DNA of 64,000 bases from Eledone cirrhosa (taxonomy: Eukaryota): positions 14,756,001 to 14,820,000 of the forward strand of contig OZ024754.1 of assembly GCA_964016885.1 (NCBI GenBank). The letters run 5' to 3'. The translations under genes were made by a program, and so were the position numbers. Below are positions 13,917 through 27,036 of the stretch, piece by piece. Numbering within the stretch: position 1 is the stretch's first letter; each line of letters starts with the position of its first letter. The notes beneath the pieces are model-generated. The model saw nothing but the letters and a program-made list of their open reading frames with translations. It was not told where the DNA came from and ran no database searches.

Positions 13917-14570
13917 ATATTGAGTTAAGAACTCAATTATTAAAAATGTTAGTTAAGAACTCAATTATTAGAAATGTTAGCTATCGCCGTATTTTGACTA
14001 AAGAAATTAAAGAAATTATTTAGCCTGATAGTGGGGTTAAGAACCCTCGGAGAAATGGAAAAAGATGAGTATTGACGTACATGGGAGTCGAACCCACATA
14101 TTTGGTTATCCGGACCACTGTGCTACCATTTACACCAACACATCACCCGTCTTCTTCCATATGTGGGTTCGACTCCCATGTACGTCAATACTCATCTTTT
14201 TCCATTTCTTCGAGAGTTCTTAACCCCACTATCAGGCTAAATAATTTCTTTAATTTCTTTAGTCAAAATACGGCGATAGCTAACATTTCTAATAATTCCA
14301 AATCCACTCGCTGTTTCGAAAATATTCTTACTTGACATTAGAGTCTCTAAGTTTATAGCTTCTAATTTGAATGGAAGAAGACGGGTGATGTGTTGGTATA
14401 AATGGTAGCACAGTGGTCCGGATAACCAAAGATGTGGGTTCGACTCCCATGTACGTCAATACTCATCTTTTTCCATTTCTCCGAGGGTTCTTAACCCCAC
14501 TATCAGGCTAAATAATTTCTTTAATTTCTTTCGTCAAAATACGGCGATAGCTAACATTTCTAATAATATA
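13917..14570. mobile_element. Family G element: inverted plus tandem units, each containing a tRNA-like sequence
   Basis: - unit 13964-14158, partial + unit 14159-14296, + unit 14370-14566. Flanked by (TA)n. Relatives at 44627-44810 and 50495-50903. Confidence 0.75.
14387..14458 (+). pseudogene. tRNA-like cloverleaf (not a canonical tRNA) inside family G
   Basis: 72 nt: acceptor GATGTGT/GTACGTC, A box TGGTATAAATGG, anticodon arm TGGT-CCGGATA-ACCA (C33), T arm GTGGG-TTCGACT-CCCAT, T5 run at 14468-14472. Mirror copy at 14073-14144 (-). Confidence 0.7.
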
Positions 14571-14649
14571 TATATGTATATATATATATTAGTCCTTACG
14601 ATTCGAACACATGTATGTTTATATTAGTGTTCATCTCTCTTGTTTATTC

Positions 14650-14850
14650 AATTATGTTGTCTTTATGCGGCTATGTCAATATTTATAAAACAAATTTGTA
14701 TCTTATCTGATGAAAGCGCACCAAAATTTGCCTTGGTTGCCCTTGAAATATATATAATAAAATAATTGTGGTTTTATAAATATAGTTTCCATTTATTAAT
14801 ATATTGAATATTTACTCCACTTATCTGTTGAGTGCTTTATATCAGTTATA
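14650..14850 (+). mobile_element. Family E element, HHR at 14701-14763
   Basis: tcttat CTGATGA aagcgcacc...ggttgccctt GAAA tatata TA ataaaa. Confidence 0.7.
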
Positions 14851-15095
14851 AAGAGAGAGAGAGAGAGTGAGATCGATATCCACTGTGCAACTCCTCATGC
14901 ATTGAGTACTCTATGATTAGTGGCCTCCCCGGTCTTAGCACCGCTCACTCTCTCTTTCTCTCGCCTTCTCGCTCTCTCTCTCTTTATATATATATATATA
15001 TATATGTGTATGTGTGTGTGCGTGCGTGTATGTGTGTAGCGTCGGAAACGTTAGACCCTCTGCCTGCTATTTCAAGCGTTAATCTAATATATCCT

Positions 15096-15260
15096 CCGGG
15101 GAAGCGCCTTCTCCATTCTGTCCGCCGGGGCTGTGGGGAGGCCACTACGTGGGACCCCATTTGATCACCATACGAAGAGATGGGTGGGGGGGGGGGCGAG
15201 AGAGAGGGAGGCGATGACAGTGGGAGTTCGGTTCTTCCACGTTCGGACCATATCCTTGTG
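15096..15260 (+). mobile_element. Unclassified GC-rich dispersed repeat, family K
   Basis: ccttctccattctgtccgccggggctgtgggg...gggagttcgg recurs at 38270-38460 (-), 40020-40100 (+) and 40285-40475 (-). Here it interrupts a family J element (15038-15390). Confidence 0.6.
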
Positions 15261-15389
15261 GTTGTGTTCACCGAGCCCTCGTATATATACTATTTTACCT
15301 CTTGGCCTCTTTCTTTATATGACATCAAACACCACCCACTTCCTTCCATATACTGTACCGATTGTGTTGTTATTTCTGTTTACCTTTTT

Positions 15390-15546
<157 letters not shown>

Positions 15547-15657
15547 GGTAATAGGATAGTAATTAATGACTATCTCTCACTATTTAGGGTTTGTGTATAT
15601 ATAATATATTACCATTAAAGGTTTTATTGCATACATAACCATAAATAGTACCCTTAA

Positions 15658-15705
<48 letters not shown>

Positions 15706-15710
<5 letters not shown>

Positions 15711-16275
15711 CGGAACAAGTAAAGATTAAACAATCTTTTAAATAAATTAAAATACGATTTAAATATTTACCTCTTCTAGTGCCATCACCGACGGTTTCGC
15801 TAATCAAAAGATTGGAAATTCAGAGAATTTCCAATGGAAAGATATAGCTCTTCAGATAGCTTTTCCAAACCTACTAGATATAAATCCACGTAGATGTGGA
15901 TGTGTCGCTTTCTGCCCGGTGAATGAATGAAGCCGTTAAAATGACCCACACACAAATAGCCCGTTAGAAAGAGCGGGAATAATAGACTCGTTGATATTTC
16001 GTGTTACTAGAAATAGCAGCATGATACAACATCTTTTTCTCAACATTAAAGAGAATTCAGATAAATGATATAGATATTCCAGTAGGTACTAGGTACCCAC
16101 GGAAATATATATGGTGTCTATAATAGTGGTTGTTCTATGGTACTAATTTGAGATACCAGAACTGTAAAATATGAGCGGAACAAGTAAACATTAAACAATC
16201 TTTTAAATAAATTAAAATATAGACACCATATATATTTCCGTGGGTACCTAGTACCTACTGGATTATCTCTATCTA
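15706..16275 (-). mobile_element. Family Q element: ~465-bp unit with terminal direct repeat, inverted piece and HHR
   Basis: Direct repeat atgagcggaacaagtaaa...ttaaaata at 15706 and 16170. Inverted repeat about 16066-16122 and 16217-16275. HHR-like motif at 15781-15860 (-). Confidence 0.7.
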
Positions 16276-16474
16276 TATATATATACGATTTTTTTTCCAT
16301 TTCAGGTAGACGCACTCCATCATCCACTTTTTTAAAAAACAAATCATACACAAAACGCCAGCACCAACAGTTTTGCAAGAGATGTCAACATGAATGGACC
16401 TGTTATTTTTTTTATCTAAAGACGTTTTTTCCAATTCCAACCCGCTCGTCACCTCAATCTATCTTATTTCTCAT

Positions 16475-16598
16475 TCTTTCTTATGATGAAGGACTAGCGC
16501 CCAAAACGCTAAGACCATGTTTCTGCTATATCAAGCGGTAACCTAATATATCCCTTCCATATACTGTACCGACTGTGTTGTTATTTCTGTTTACCTTT

Positions 16599-16600
<2 letters not shown>
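16475..16600 (+). mobile_element. Family J fragment with decayed HHR
   Basis: tcttATGATGAAggactagcgcccAAAAcgctaaga followed by the tail ccttccatatactgtaccga.tgtgttgttatttctgtttacc, shared with 15340-15390. Confidence 0.5.
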
Positions 16601-16640
<40 letters not shown>

Positions 16641-16682
16641 AGAAAGATGTGAGAAAAACCACAGACCCTCCATCTCAACTCA

Positions 16683-16720
16683 CCTTTTGAAAAGCAGAAG
16701 AACTGCGAAACCGGTAAAGG
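16683..16720 (+). ncRNA. Minimal hammerhead motif, U3-A8 core variant
   Basis: CCUU UUGAAAA GCAG aagaa CUGC GAAA CCGG UA AAGG. All three stems pair; stem III is the palindrome ACCGGU. Confidence 0.65.
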
Positions 16721-16789
16721 AACCAAATAAATATATATATTTTTAAAAAAAATAAGACTTCAGTTGCATTTTCGATTTCATCCCTTTTT

Positions 16790-16875
<86 letters not shown>

Positions 16876-17221
16876 TTAACTTACAGACCCCTGCAAGTGG
16901 ATTTTGTCAATTTCGGATTTACAGAAACCTGGCGTAGATGTTGTATGTTATATGTGATGTATATTGTATGGTATACATTATGTGCTGCATGTAATGTCTA
17001 CGCGATGGTCCAGGTCAGTCAAAAATCTTTCCTGAGTTCAGTTTTTTTTGTCGCTATGGTCACTGCGGCCCATCTATCAGTTGGTGTATTCGATTTGCAA
17101 AGCTGTCTAAACGTAATGGTATAACTCTGGGGTAATATTCTCCATTGAGTGCTTAGCTGCACACCGAAACTGCATTCGTTAGCTTGGCTGCTACCAAAAG
17201 CTTCGTTGATGATGTACTAAA

Positions 17222-17294
<73 letters not shown>

Positions 17295-17295
17295 A

Positions 17296-17698
17296 TGTAG
17301 GAGGTGAGTTTTATTGTAGTACAATAAAGCAATGCAGATATCGGATAAGTAGCACTCTACAGTTTGTAGGACTGGAGTATAAATAATATATAAGATCAAA
17401 AGATGGTTAAAAGAGTTCCATGTATTTTATTATGCGCATTTCAAAAACAAATATCATCATGCGATAACATTTGCGTTTTCGTCAGATAAAATAGGGAGAC
17501 ATGATATGAAGGTTAAAAAACACTTGTGAATAGTGCAGATATGTTGATTTAAAACTGCACTATTCACAAGTGTTTTTTAACCTTCATATCATGTCTCCTT
17601 ATTTTATCTGACGAAAACGCAAATGTTATCGCATGATGATATTTGTTTTTGAAATGCGCATAATAAAATACATAGAACTCTTTTAACCATCTTTTGAT

Positions 17699-17702
<4 letters not shown>
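17296..17702. mobile_element. Family D palindromic element, HHR on both strands
   Basis: HHR at about 17600-17670 (+) and 17422-17492 (-). Arms about 17386-17540 and 17556-17702. Confidence 0.8.
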
Positions 17703-17757
<55 letters not shown>

Positions 17758-17761
<4 letters not shown>

Positions 17762-17935
17762 AGGAAGCTCCAACCGTTAAGGTTGTCTTTTTTTCCGGGT
17801 ATGTCAATATTTATTTATAAAACAAATCTGTATTTTATCTGATGAAAGCGCACCATAACTTGCCTTGGATGCCCTTGAAATATGTATAATAAAATAAATA
17901 TGATTTTATAAATATAGTTTCCATTTATTAATGTA
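17758..17935 (+). mobile_element. Family E element, HHR at 17831-17896
   Basis: tattttat CTGATGA aagcgcacca...tggatgccctt GAAA tatgta TA ataaaata. Confidence 0.75.
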
Positions 17936-17999
<64 letters not shown>

Positions 18000-18104
18000 G
18001 TAGTATGGGGAATATGTTCGGTGGTACTGGAGTTATTGGTGATAATTGTTATGGTGATAGTGGTGGTATTACTATTGTGATGTTGGTGTTGGGGCTCCTG
18101 GTGG

Positions 18105-18142
18105 TGGCAATGGTAGTGGTGGTAATAGTAATAGTAGTAGTG

Positions 18143-18214
<72 letters not shown>

Positions 18215-18245
18215 ATAGTAGTGATGGTGATAGTGATATTAATGA

Positions 18246-18312
<67 letters not shown>

Positions 18313-18410
18313 TGTAGTGATAGCAGTGGTAGTGGCAATAGTAGTGGTGTTGATAGTGGTAGTAGTGGTGGTGGCAATAGTAGTGATAGTGATAGTAGTA
18401 GTGGTGGTGG
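18105..18410. repeat. (TAG)n/(TGG)n trinucleotide microsatellite
   Basis: Directly visible. Confidence 0.9.
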
Positions 18411-18659
18411 CACTAGCAAAGCGAGCATCACTTTCTGTGCCTTATGTCTATTGACGCCATTGTTTTTCCTACACTCAATCTGACCCAGTTCACTTGATTT
18501 AGTTTACAAAAACAAAACAGGAATTACAAACCAAATACTTCTTAGAAACAGATAAATCTTATCTCCGTAACTCACATCATCTACAACTGTTCCAGTTGCC
18601 CCCCCCCCCTCCTCTCTCTCTCTTTAACTATATATATACGTAAATACACACACACACAC

Positions 18660-18749
<90 letters not shown>

Positions 18750-18752
<3 letters not shown>

Positions 18753-19240
18753 AAGTTATATTTAAAATTGTTGGGTTACAACTAGTAAATATTTATAACT
18801 GATATAAAAGCACTCGACAAATATTTGGAGTATATTTACAATATTAAATAAATGGAAAACTATATTTATAAAACCATATTTATTTCATTATATATATTTC
18901 GGGGATATCATATTAACAATATGCTATGCCTTCATCAGACAAAATACAATATAAACAGTTTTATAGATAAATATATTCGACATACCGTAATAAACATCAA
19001 CTTCATTTGAAGAGGTTTACTCTAGCAGTCTGTTTACTGCTAGAGTAAACCTCTTCAAATGAAGTTGATGTTTATTACGGTATGTCGAATATATTTATCT
19101 ATAAAACTGTTTATATTGTATTTTGTCTGATGAAGGCATAGCATATTGTTAATATGATATCCCCGAAATATATATAATGAAATAAATATGGTTTTATAAA
19201 TATAGTTTTCCATTTATTTAATATTGTAAATATACTCCAA
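18750..19240. mobile_element. Family E-related palindromic element (~205-bp arms)
   Basis: Arms about 18825-19029 and 19036-19240. HHR at 19119-19183 (+) with mirror at about 18881-18946 (-). Confidence 0.8.
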
Positions 19241-19309
19241 ATATATATATATATATATATATATGCATTGATATACCTTTTACACACACACACACACATA
19301 TATATATAT

Positions 19310-19486
19310 AGTTTTAATATAGATGAGATTCTACAGGACTAGAACTGTTTCATTCTTTAGAAATCATTTCTAAAGAATGAAACAGTTCTAGTCCTGTAGA
19401 ATCTCATCTATATTAAAACTTTTATACTCTGCAATGTATTGAGTACCTTACTTACTGTGGTTACCTCCGATTCAACCCGGAATAAC

Positions 19487-19490
<4 letters not shown>
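19310..19490 (+). mobile_element. Family B palindromic element
   Basis: Arms about 19310-19365 and 19367-19420, then the tail ...gagtaccttacttactgtggttacctccgattcaacccgg. Confidence 0.75.
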
Positions 19491-19544
<54 letters not shown>

Positions 19545-19545
<1 letters not shown>

Positions 19546-20932
19546 AAAAATTGAACAGGGACAGAACAGAGAGGCAGTACGACAAATGTTTATTAGATTC
19601 ACGCTCAGGAGAGTGGGGGGTAGGTGGAGGACGACGTTTCGGGCATAAGCCCTTCTTCAGGTAAGAGTTCAAAAGGTGTTTAGGGGAGTGGTGGAGAGAC
19701 ATATAGCGAAAGGAAACGGTGCGAATGAAAAATTAACAAATAAAGACAAAAATATAATAAATAATAAATAAAAATAAAGCATGATCAAAATACAAGGAAT
19801 GAGAACATTTAAAAATAAAGGCATGATCAAAATAAACTGAAATTAAAAGGGGGGTAAACAGGTGGTGGAAGGGTGTGGGGTGAGAAGAGGTGGAGGCGGG
19901 TGGAGTGGGGAGAGGGAGACGGGGTGTCCGAGCGGGGAGGGCTGAAGGTGGTGTGTGTGGTTAGGTGTGCGTGTGTGTGTGTGTGTGTGTATGTGAAAGT
20001 GAGGGTTGGGGGAAGAACGGGGTTGCATGTTCAGGAAGGTGTGTGTGGGGGGTGTTTATGTGTGTCGGGGGGTCTGTGCGTGTGTGGATAGGGGGTGGGG
20101 GGAGAGGAATCAGGGGGATGAGGGTGTAAATATGTGGTGGGAAGCACGTGTGTGTGGTTTAAGCGTGTTGTGGGTGTGGGTGGCGTGTGGATAAAAAAAA
20201 TTTGTTTTGGGATGTGTGTGTGGGTGAGTTATATAGGTGATGGTGTTAGAGGATGGTTGAAAGTGGTAAGTTACACGGATGTATGGAGATTTTGGTTGGA
20301 AGTCAAAACGCGTGTGGGTAATCCAAGAAGCGGTGGTCGGAAGAGGAGAGATGTGGGGTGCGCGCGCAACAGGAAGTGGTCAGCAGTGGAAGTGCTGTGG
20401 TCAGTTGGTGCTGAGACAGTGGTCGGAAGGGCATAGCAGCAGTCAGCGGAATGGTAGGGAGGCGGGGATGAGTAGGTGTGAGAGTTGGAGTGAGGAGGGT
20501 GTGTGTGTGTGTGTGTATTAGTAGGGGTGTTAGTGGGATGAGTGAGTGTGGAGTGGGGAGAGAAGGGTGTGTGTGGTTCTATGGAGGGAGTGTGGTGTAC
20601 TGGTGTGTGTGTAGTTTGGTGAGGAGGTGTTAGTGGGTGTTAGTAGACGGGAGGTGGGGAGGGGTGGAATGCAGGTGTGAGTGGGGGTTAGTGGGGGTAG
20701 GGTGTGTAGAGTTGGTGGTGTACGAGGGTGTGTGGGTACGTGTGCGTGGGGTTGGAGGGTGTTAGTGATGTTAGTTGCGTGTGGGGTGGGTGGGGTTGGA
20801 GGGTGTTAGTGATGTTAGTTGCGTGTGGGGTGGGTGGTGTAAGTGAGTGCGTGTGATAAGGAGGGGGGAGGAGGAGAAGAGGGGAGGGAAGGGATGTTAG
20901 TATGTTAGTTGGGGAAGGGTGGTTAGATGAGG
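19545..20932 (-). mobile_element. PLE 3' region (family M) with minimal HHR at 19631-19662 and a long C-rich (- strand) segment
   Basis: - strand ac CTGAAGA A GGGC ttat GCCC GAAA C GTC gt, a typical PLE minimal HHR. Tail recurs at 44850-44915 (+). The extent of the G/T-rich part is uncertain. Confidence 0.55.
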
Positions 20933-21002
20933 GGTATATATATATACATTGTGATGTTGCTTGACGTGGAAATGGGTACTCAATACCAAAGTTGAGTTTA
21001 AT

Positions 21003-22087
21003 CATTTTTTTCTACTTTCTAATTACTCCAGTGCATTACTGGTACTCTATTTTATCGACCCCGTAAGGGTGAAAGTTAACCTGGGTGGGATTTTGAACTC
21101 AGAAAACAAAGGGCCATAACTCTTTGCTGCAAAGCATGGTGTCTGACGCTCTACCGATACTACCAATCCAGATATCTCTACCGATACTACCAATCCGGAT
21201 ATCTCTACCGATACTACCAATATTTATATATGTGCGTGTGTGGGTGAGGCGGAGGGGGGGGGGGCGTGTTACAATAAGGGTAAGCTGTTGAAAGATCAGG
21301 TTGGTAAAGTTATGCCAAGTATTTTCAAGCTGAACCATACGTCCGTAGTACCGGAGCTGTGATCTCTCGATACAGAGAAGTAACGGCTGTATCTAGAGCC
21401 ACTCATTGATCTCTGAACTATACAACCCATCCGGCTATATTTTGACTATACTGAAAACCGTATAGTCAAAATATAGCTTGGTATAGGCCCGTACTTCCTG
21501 AGGGAGTCGTAGGGGCGCCATATTGACATACGGCGTTTCTTAGGGCATTTAAGAAAAAAAAATCTGGCTGTGTCCATGCCCACTCTAGGCCAGAGTATAC
21601 CAGATTTCTTCCAGAGGAGGATAGAGAGTGCGAGAAAGGAAGTAAGAAATAGACATAGAGGAAGAATCGACCCCAGTACTAGACTTACTTTTTTATTGAC
21701 CTTGTAAAGATGAAAGACAAAGTCGACCTCGGCGGGATTTAAACTGAGAGAGCAGCGAGCCGGAACGAATACTGCAAATCATTCTATCCGACGTTCTAAA
21801 GATTTTGCCAATTCGCCGCCCCCATAGTCAAAATATATCGACATATTAAATAATATTTGAATCCTATTAGAGTGGTGGGTTGGCAGAATTGATAGAATCT
21901 CTGATAAAACGTCATTGTGATATTTTTTCTGTCACTTTATATTCTGATTTCAAATCCCTTCAAGCTGAGCTTTGCCTTTAATCCTTCCAGGGTCATTAAA
22001 ATAGGTACTAGTGAACTAAGGGGTTGATTTAATCAACCTTTCACCTTCTTCTAAATTTGCTGGCCTCATATCAAAATCAGAAATCAA
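21003..22087. mobile_element. Cluster of SINE family 1 copies: 21003-21165 (-), older 21670-21822 (-), 21872-22087 (+)
   Basis: Recognisable A/B boxes and gcctttcatc..gtcgataaa body. A 27-bp head segment is triplicated at 21150-21220. Confidence 0.7.
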
Positions 22088-22926
22088 TGATTAAATCATG
22101 TTTGTTCTTAGATATTATTCAATCTAGGGTGTTTATGCTAGTTGCTATATGGACAGCCATTTGATAAAACATTTGTTTGAGGAACAGTAAAACATTAGTG
22201 TGAAACAGACTAATATTAATCAAAGTTCATTTAAAATAGTAGAAATAAACTGAAGTGAAATGGTTAAATATTTAGAGCGGCCTGTTGAATTGAACAGAAT
22301 ATTTGATATGATACGCGATATCAGTTGGGGCGGAAATGACGCCAGTAATTTAAGTAAAAACGGAAGTTTACACAGACAAAAATGGAACAAAAAGCGTTAA
22401 GAGAATGTGTATGTATGTGTCTGTGCGTGCGTGTATGTGTGTGTGCGTATATGTGTGTGCGCGCGCGTGTGTGTGTGTTCTTTTGTTCTTTTATTCTTTT
22501 ACTGGTTTCAGTCATTAGAGTGCAGCCATGCTGGGGTACCGTCTCATATCGACCATATCGACAATAGAACTTAATTTTTCGAGTCTGGAACTTATTCTAT
22601 TGATTCCTTATTCATGTTTGGTAAAGTACGTAGTTTGCAGCTTAAATTATATGTATATACACGGATAATAAAAAACAAAAAGGACCCATTTCTATTTTTA
22701 TCTACATTATTCATTTTATAAACAACATATGAACAATTCTGATGCATTTGTCCTCGACACCAGCTTCTGGACACAACCACCTTATTCTTGCATGACTGTT
22801 GCAAAGTCCTCTTCTTGGTGAGTATTCGGAATACATCTTCGGATTTATGATAAATTTCTCCCTTCCTCCCAGCTATATTAGTAACCCTTAAAAGGATTAG
22901 ACCTCGGCTCTTCTTTTCTAGACTAA

Positions 22927-23311
22927 ATAATTTTTTCTACTTTAGGCACAAGGCCAGCAATTACCAGTGCATTACTGGTACTTTATTTTATCGACCCCGT
23001 AAGGATGAAAGGCAAAGTTAACCTCGACGGGATTTGAACTCAGACCGTAAAGGGACGTAACTATGCTGGAAAGCATGGCGTCCGACTCTCTACCAATACT
23101 GCCAATCCACCGCCCTATAATAATTGTTTCTACTTTTGGCACAAGGCCAGCAATTACCCAGTGTATTACTGGTACTTCATTTTATCGACCCCGTAAGGAT
23201 GAAAGGCAAAGTTAACCTCGGCGGGATTTGAACTCAGATCATACAGGGAGGTAACTCTATGCTTCAAAGCATGGCGTCCGACCCTCTACCGATACTGCCA
23301 ATACACCGCCC
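22927..23311 (-). mobile_element. SINE family 1 dimer with a 15-bp TSD
   Basis: TSD tctagactaaataat at 22917-22931 and 23312-23326. Confidence 0.9.
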
Positions 23312-24317
23312 TCTAGACTAAATAATGAAGACAAAAGTACAACGTAATATTAGATATGAGGTAAAAACAGCTGTAGCTTCAACAAAGTCATATGGTTAAC
23401 AATTTATAGAGCAGAAGGCCAAAGGCGGATAACAACAAGTGAAGTAACTTTACTGAGAAATATATATCATTGTTTGAGAGTGTTGTCGACAGGGACCACG
23501 AGACGAACGACATATTAGAGTAAGGGTAGGGTGGCAGTCTTCAGAAGAAAGGGGTTATAATGATCACACACGTACACCCCCCCCCCCCGTCCCCTACACA
23601 CACATATACACACATACACATAGCACATTTGCATGTAGTTAAGTATTTTATTAGTATTGGAATAAAATGTGTTTCAACCAATATATGTGAATTGATATAT
23701 TCGATTGTAGAAATCTCTCTAGAAAATCATTTCCTCGCGGTGTTTCGTGAATTTAATCAGAGTAAGTTAACTATTTAATTAGGGGAGATCAGACACCTCT
23801 CCTCAGTTCGGGGCCATCTGGAGGGGAAATACAGTTGATTCCATCTTCCTGCCATTACCGGTACCACCCCACTGACAGAATTGTTAAGATTTATATACAC
23901 ATTATTCACTCCCACAAGATTACTCCATTTTCTCACTTTCTTCTCTCCAGCAGATCTCCAAGACTTATTTTCTTCTTTATAACTCCGGATTCTTATCCGC
24001 CTATTGAGCACTGGCCTCGACACCACCTTCACCCTCCTCCTCCTCCACCCTTCACTCTCCACCTCCCTCCTCCTCCACCCTTCACCCTCCACCTCCCTCC
24101 TCCCTTCCCTCTCCACCTCCCTCCTCCTCCTCCACCCTTCACCATCCTCATCACCCCCCTCCTCCTCCCCACCATCATCATTATCATCATGATTATGATG
24201 ATGATCATCATCATTATCATCACGACCATCATCATCATCATCATCATCACTCACTCTCTCAAGCTCTCGCTGATACACACACACACAAACACACACTCAC
24301 ACACACAAACACATACA

Positions 24318-24351
<34 letters not shown>

Positions 24352-24365
24352 AACACAAACACTTA

Positions 24366-24443
<78 letters not shown>

Positions 24444-24889
24444 AACCCCGGCCTATCTTTCAGCCCTCTCTATTGAGGACTTTGTTATAAATTTTATTTT
24501 TTGTTATATTTTATTTTATTTTTATATTTTGTTATTGCCTCCTCCTTATTGAGGACGCCTTGTTTTGTAAACTCCCCCATTGTACTTGTCCCACTTTTGA
24601 TGCCCTGGTGGCAAATAAAAGAAACATATCTTTCAAGTCTCGTTTACCAATTACTTTAATATAAGAAGTAAGAAGAGCAAAGAAAGTTCTCTCCAAGCTG
24701 GAGTTTCCATCTCCGCTGGTTTCTTCTTTTCTTATCTCACCAGAAAAATAAGACAAAAATAAGCCACTATTTATTGGCCCCGATTTTATAGAAGAAACGC
24801 CATTATCCCTGGCTTGATACTCCTCTCACAGATACTCCTCTCACAGAACCATATATAACAGTCAAATCTCGGTCACAATACCTACCTCC

Positions 24890-25055
24890 TTCTTCTTCTT
24901 CTTCTTCTTCTTCTTCTTCTTCTTCTTCTTCTTCTTCTTCTTCTTCTTCTTCTTCTTCTTCTTCTTCTTCTTCTCCCCCTTCTTCTTCTTCTTCTTCTTC
25001 TTCTTCTTCTTCTTCTTCTTCTCCCCCTTCTTCTTCTCCCCCTATTTCTTCTTCT
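24890..25055. repeat. (CTT)n microsatellite
   Basis: Directly visible. Confidence 0.9.
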
Positions 25056-25129
25056 GCATTACTACCCCAGCTCCTGCAATACTTACACTTAATCCAGCCC
25101 TCTGCTTTCCATCACACGTGAACACAGCC

Positions 25130-26060
25130 CCGGTAAAGTCCTCCTATGTTAAGTTTGTGGCAGGCAAAGAGATGTAAGGAGATTGTCGAGTCTAAGCTAG
25201 TTGATGAACACTGCGGTTTTCGCCCTGGAAGCAACACAGCCCCCACCCTCCCTTTCAATAATCACCCTGCGGCAGGTATTCGAGAAATCATGGGAGCATT
25301 GCCAAGACGTATATTCTTTTTTTTTTCTACCTTGAAAAAGCATTTGACCATGTCCCTCGGGACCTGCTGTGGAAGGTTGTGCAGGAGGATGGGATCGATG
25401 GCCAGCTTCTTGCTGCCCGAATGGCCGAGTGTTAGGATAAATGGAGCTAAATCGAAACCATTCAATGTGGGAGTCGGACTCCGCCAAGGGTGCGTATTGT
25501 CAACTATCCTGTTCATTATTTACATGACGGTGGATTGGCAGTATCAATAGAGGGTCGGACCCCATGCTTTCCAGCATAGTTACGTCCCTTTACGATCTGA
25601 GTTCAAATCCCGCCGAGGTTGACTTTGCCTTTCATCCTTACGGGGTCGATAAAATAAAGTACCAGTGATACACTGGGTAATTGCTGGCCTTGTGCCTAAA
25701 GTAGAAACAATTATTTACATGAACAAGGGCAGTATCGGTAGAGGGTCGGACGCCATGCTTTGTAGTATACAGTTACGGCCCTTGCCATTCTGAGTTCAAA
25801 TCCCGCCGAGGTTAACTTTGCCTTTCACCCTACGGGGTCGATAAAATAGAGTACCAGCATGCACTGGGGTCGATTTAATCGACTTTTCTCTCCCCGAAAA
25901 TTGCTGGCCTTGTGACTATATGAGAAACCATTATTAACATGAACAGGATTGACATGCGCAGCCGGGTCGGAAGTGGTATCATGTCAGGTGGGTGTAAGAT
26001 TAGCTAAAATTTGCAGACGACACGATGTTACTTGACAGGAGATCATCTCCCGCATGCACT
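25130..26060 (+). pseudogene. RTE-clade LINE reverse transcriptase fragment interrupted by two SINEs
   Basis: KEIVESKLVDEHCGFRPG...SVRINGAKSKPFNVGVGLRQGCVLSTILFIIYM, resuming after 25935 as MNRIDMRS...FADDTMLL. Frameshifted. Confidence 0.85.
25528..25932 (+). mobile_element. Two SINE family 1 copies inserted in the RTE RT
   Basis: Target attatttacatga present three times (25515, 25710, 25930 with one mismatch). Confidence 0.85.
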
Positions 26061-26490
26061 CCATCGATTGTGTCCTTTTTTTTATAAACAACAGTCGAAT
26101 GTAATTGAAGAGGAATTTGGTTGCTATTTCTACCAGATCAAGCGACCACTTAGGTGTATCCTAGTTGGTGAATTATGTTGTTGCTGTTGTTGTTGTTTTT
26201 ACATATACCAATATTATTGAAACAGTTAGAGGTCTGTCGTTTGAACTCGATGATTAATAAACGAAAGGGTTGCGTGATTTCCGGCCAGCCCGACGTGCAG
26301 ACACTTGGTCTCGCTGATATGTCGCTGTGGTCAAAAGGGGCTGAAAATTGAAATTAAATTGTAGAAGCCCCTGACCTACTGGTGTGTGTTTAAGTGGACA
26401 GGCGTGACTAAAGGATCATTTACCTACGTGATAAGGGGGGGGGTGGCGTTGCTGTAGATATCAGAGTTACGTGTGTAAGAGCTAGTGTAG

Positions 26491-26540
<50 letters not shown>

Positions 26541-27036
26541 CTATGTGTGTGTGTGTGTGTATAGCATACAGACATGTATCCTACACACACACACACACGC
26601 ACATACACACACACACACAAATATATATATGTGTATATATACATATTAATATATATATATACATACACCCACGCATCTATATCTAGTTGTATTTATATAT
26701 TGTACACAAATATACACACATATATATATATATATGTGTGTGTCTGTGTGTGTGTATATATTTATATGTATGCATGTATGCTTACATGTATCTTTGTGGT
26801 GCACATGAGTGGGTGTGAATGTGTGTATGTGTGTGTGTTTGTGTGTGTGAATGTGTGTATGTGTGTGTTTGTATGTGTGTGTATGTGTGTGTGTGTGTGT
26901 GTGTGAATGTGTGTGTGTGTGAATGTCTGTGTGTGAATGTCTGTGTGTGTGTGTATGTGTGTGTGTGTGTGAATGTGTGTGTGTGTGAATGTGTGTGTGT
27001 GAATGTCTGTGTGTGTGTTAGTTCTCTATTATTTCA

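Noticed and set aside
14387-14458. Functional tRNA-Ser(GGA) gene
   Set aside because: C33, short variable arm, mismatched D and anticodon stems, anticodon differs among copies, and it is embedded in a mobile repeat.
18005-18454. Poly-Val or poly-Leu membrane protein
   Set aside because: (TAG)n microsatellite.
22730-22880. Short open frame on the - strand
   Set aside because: No splice support; possibly a very old LINE remnant, not assignable.
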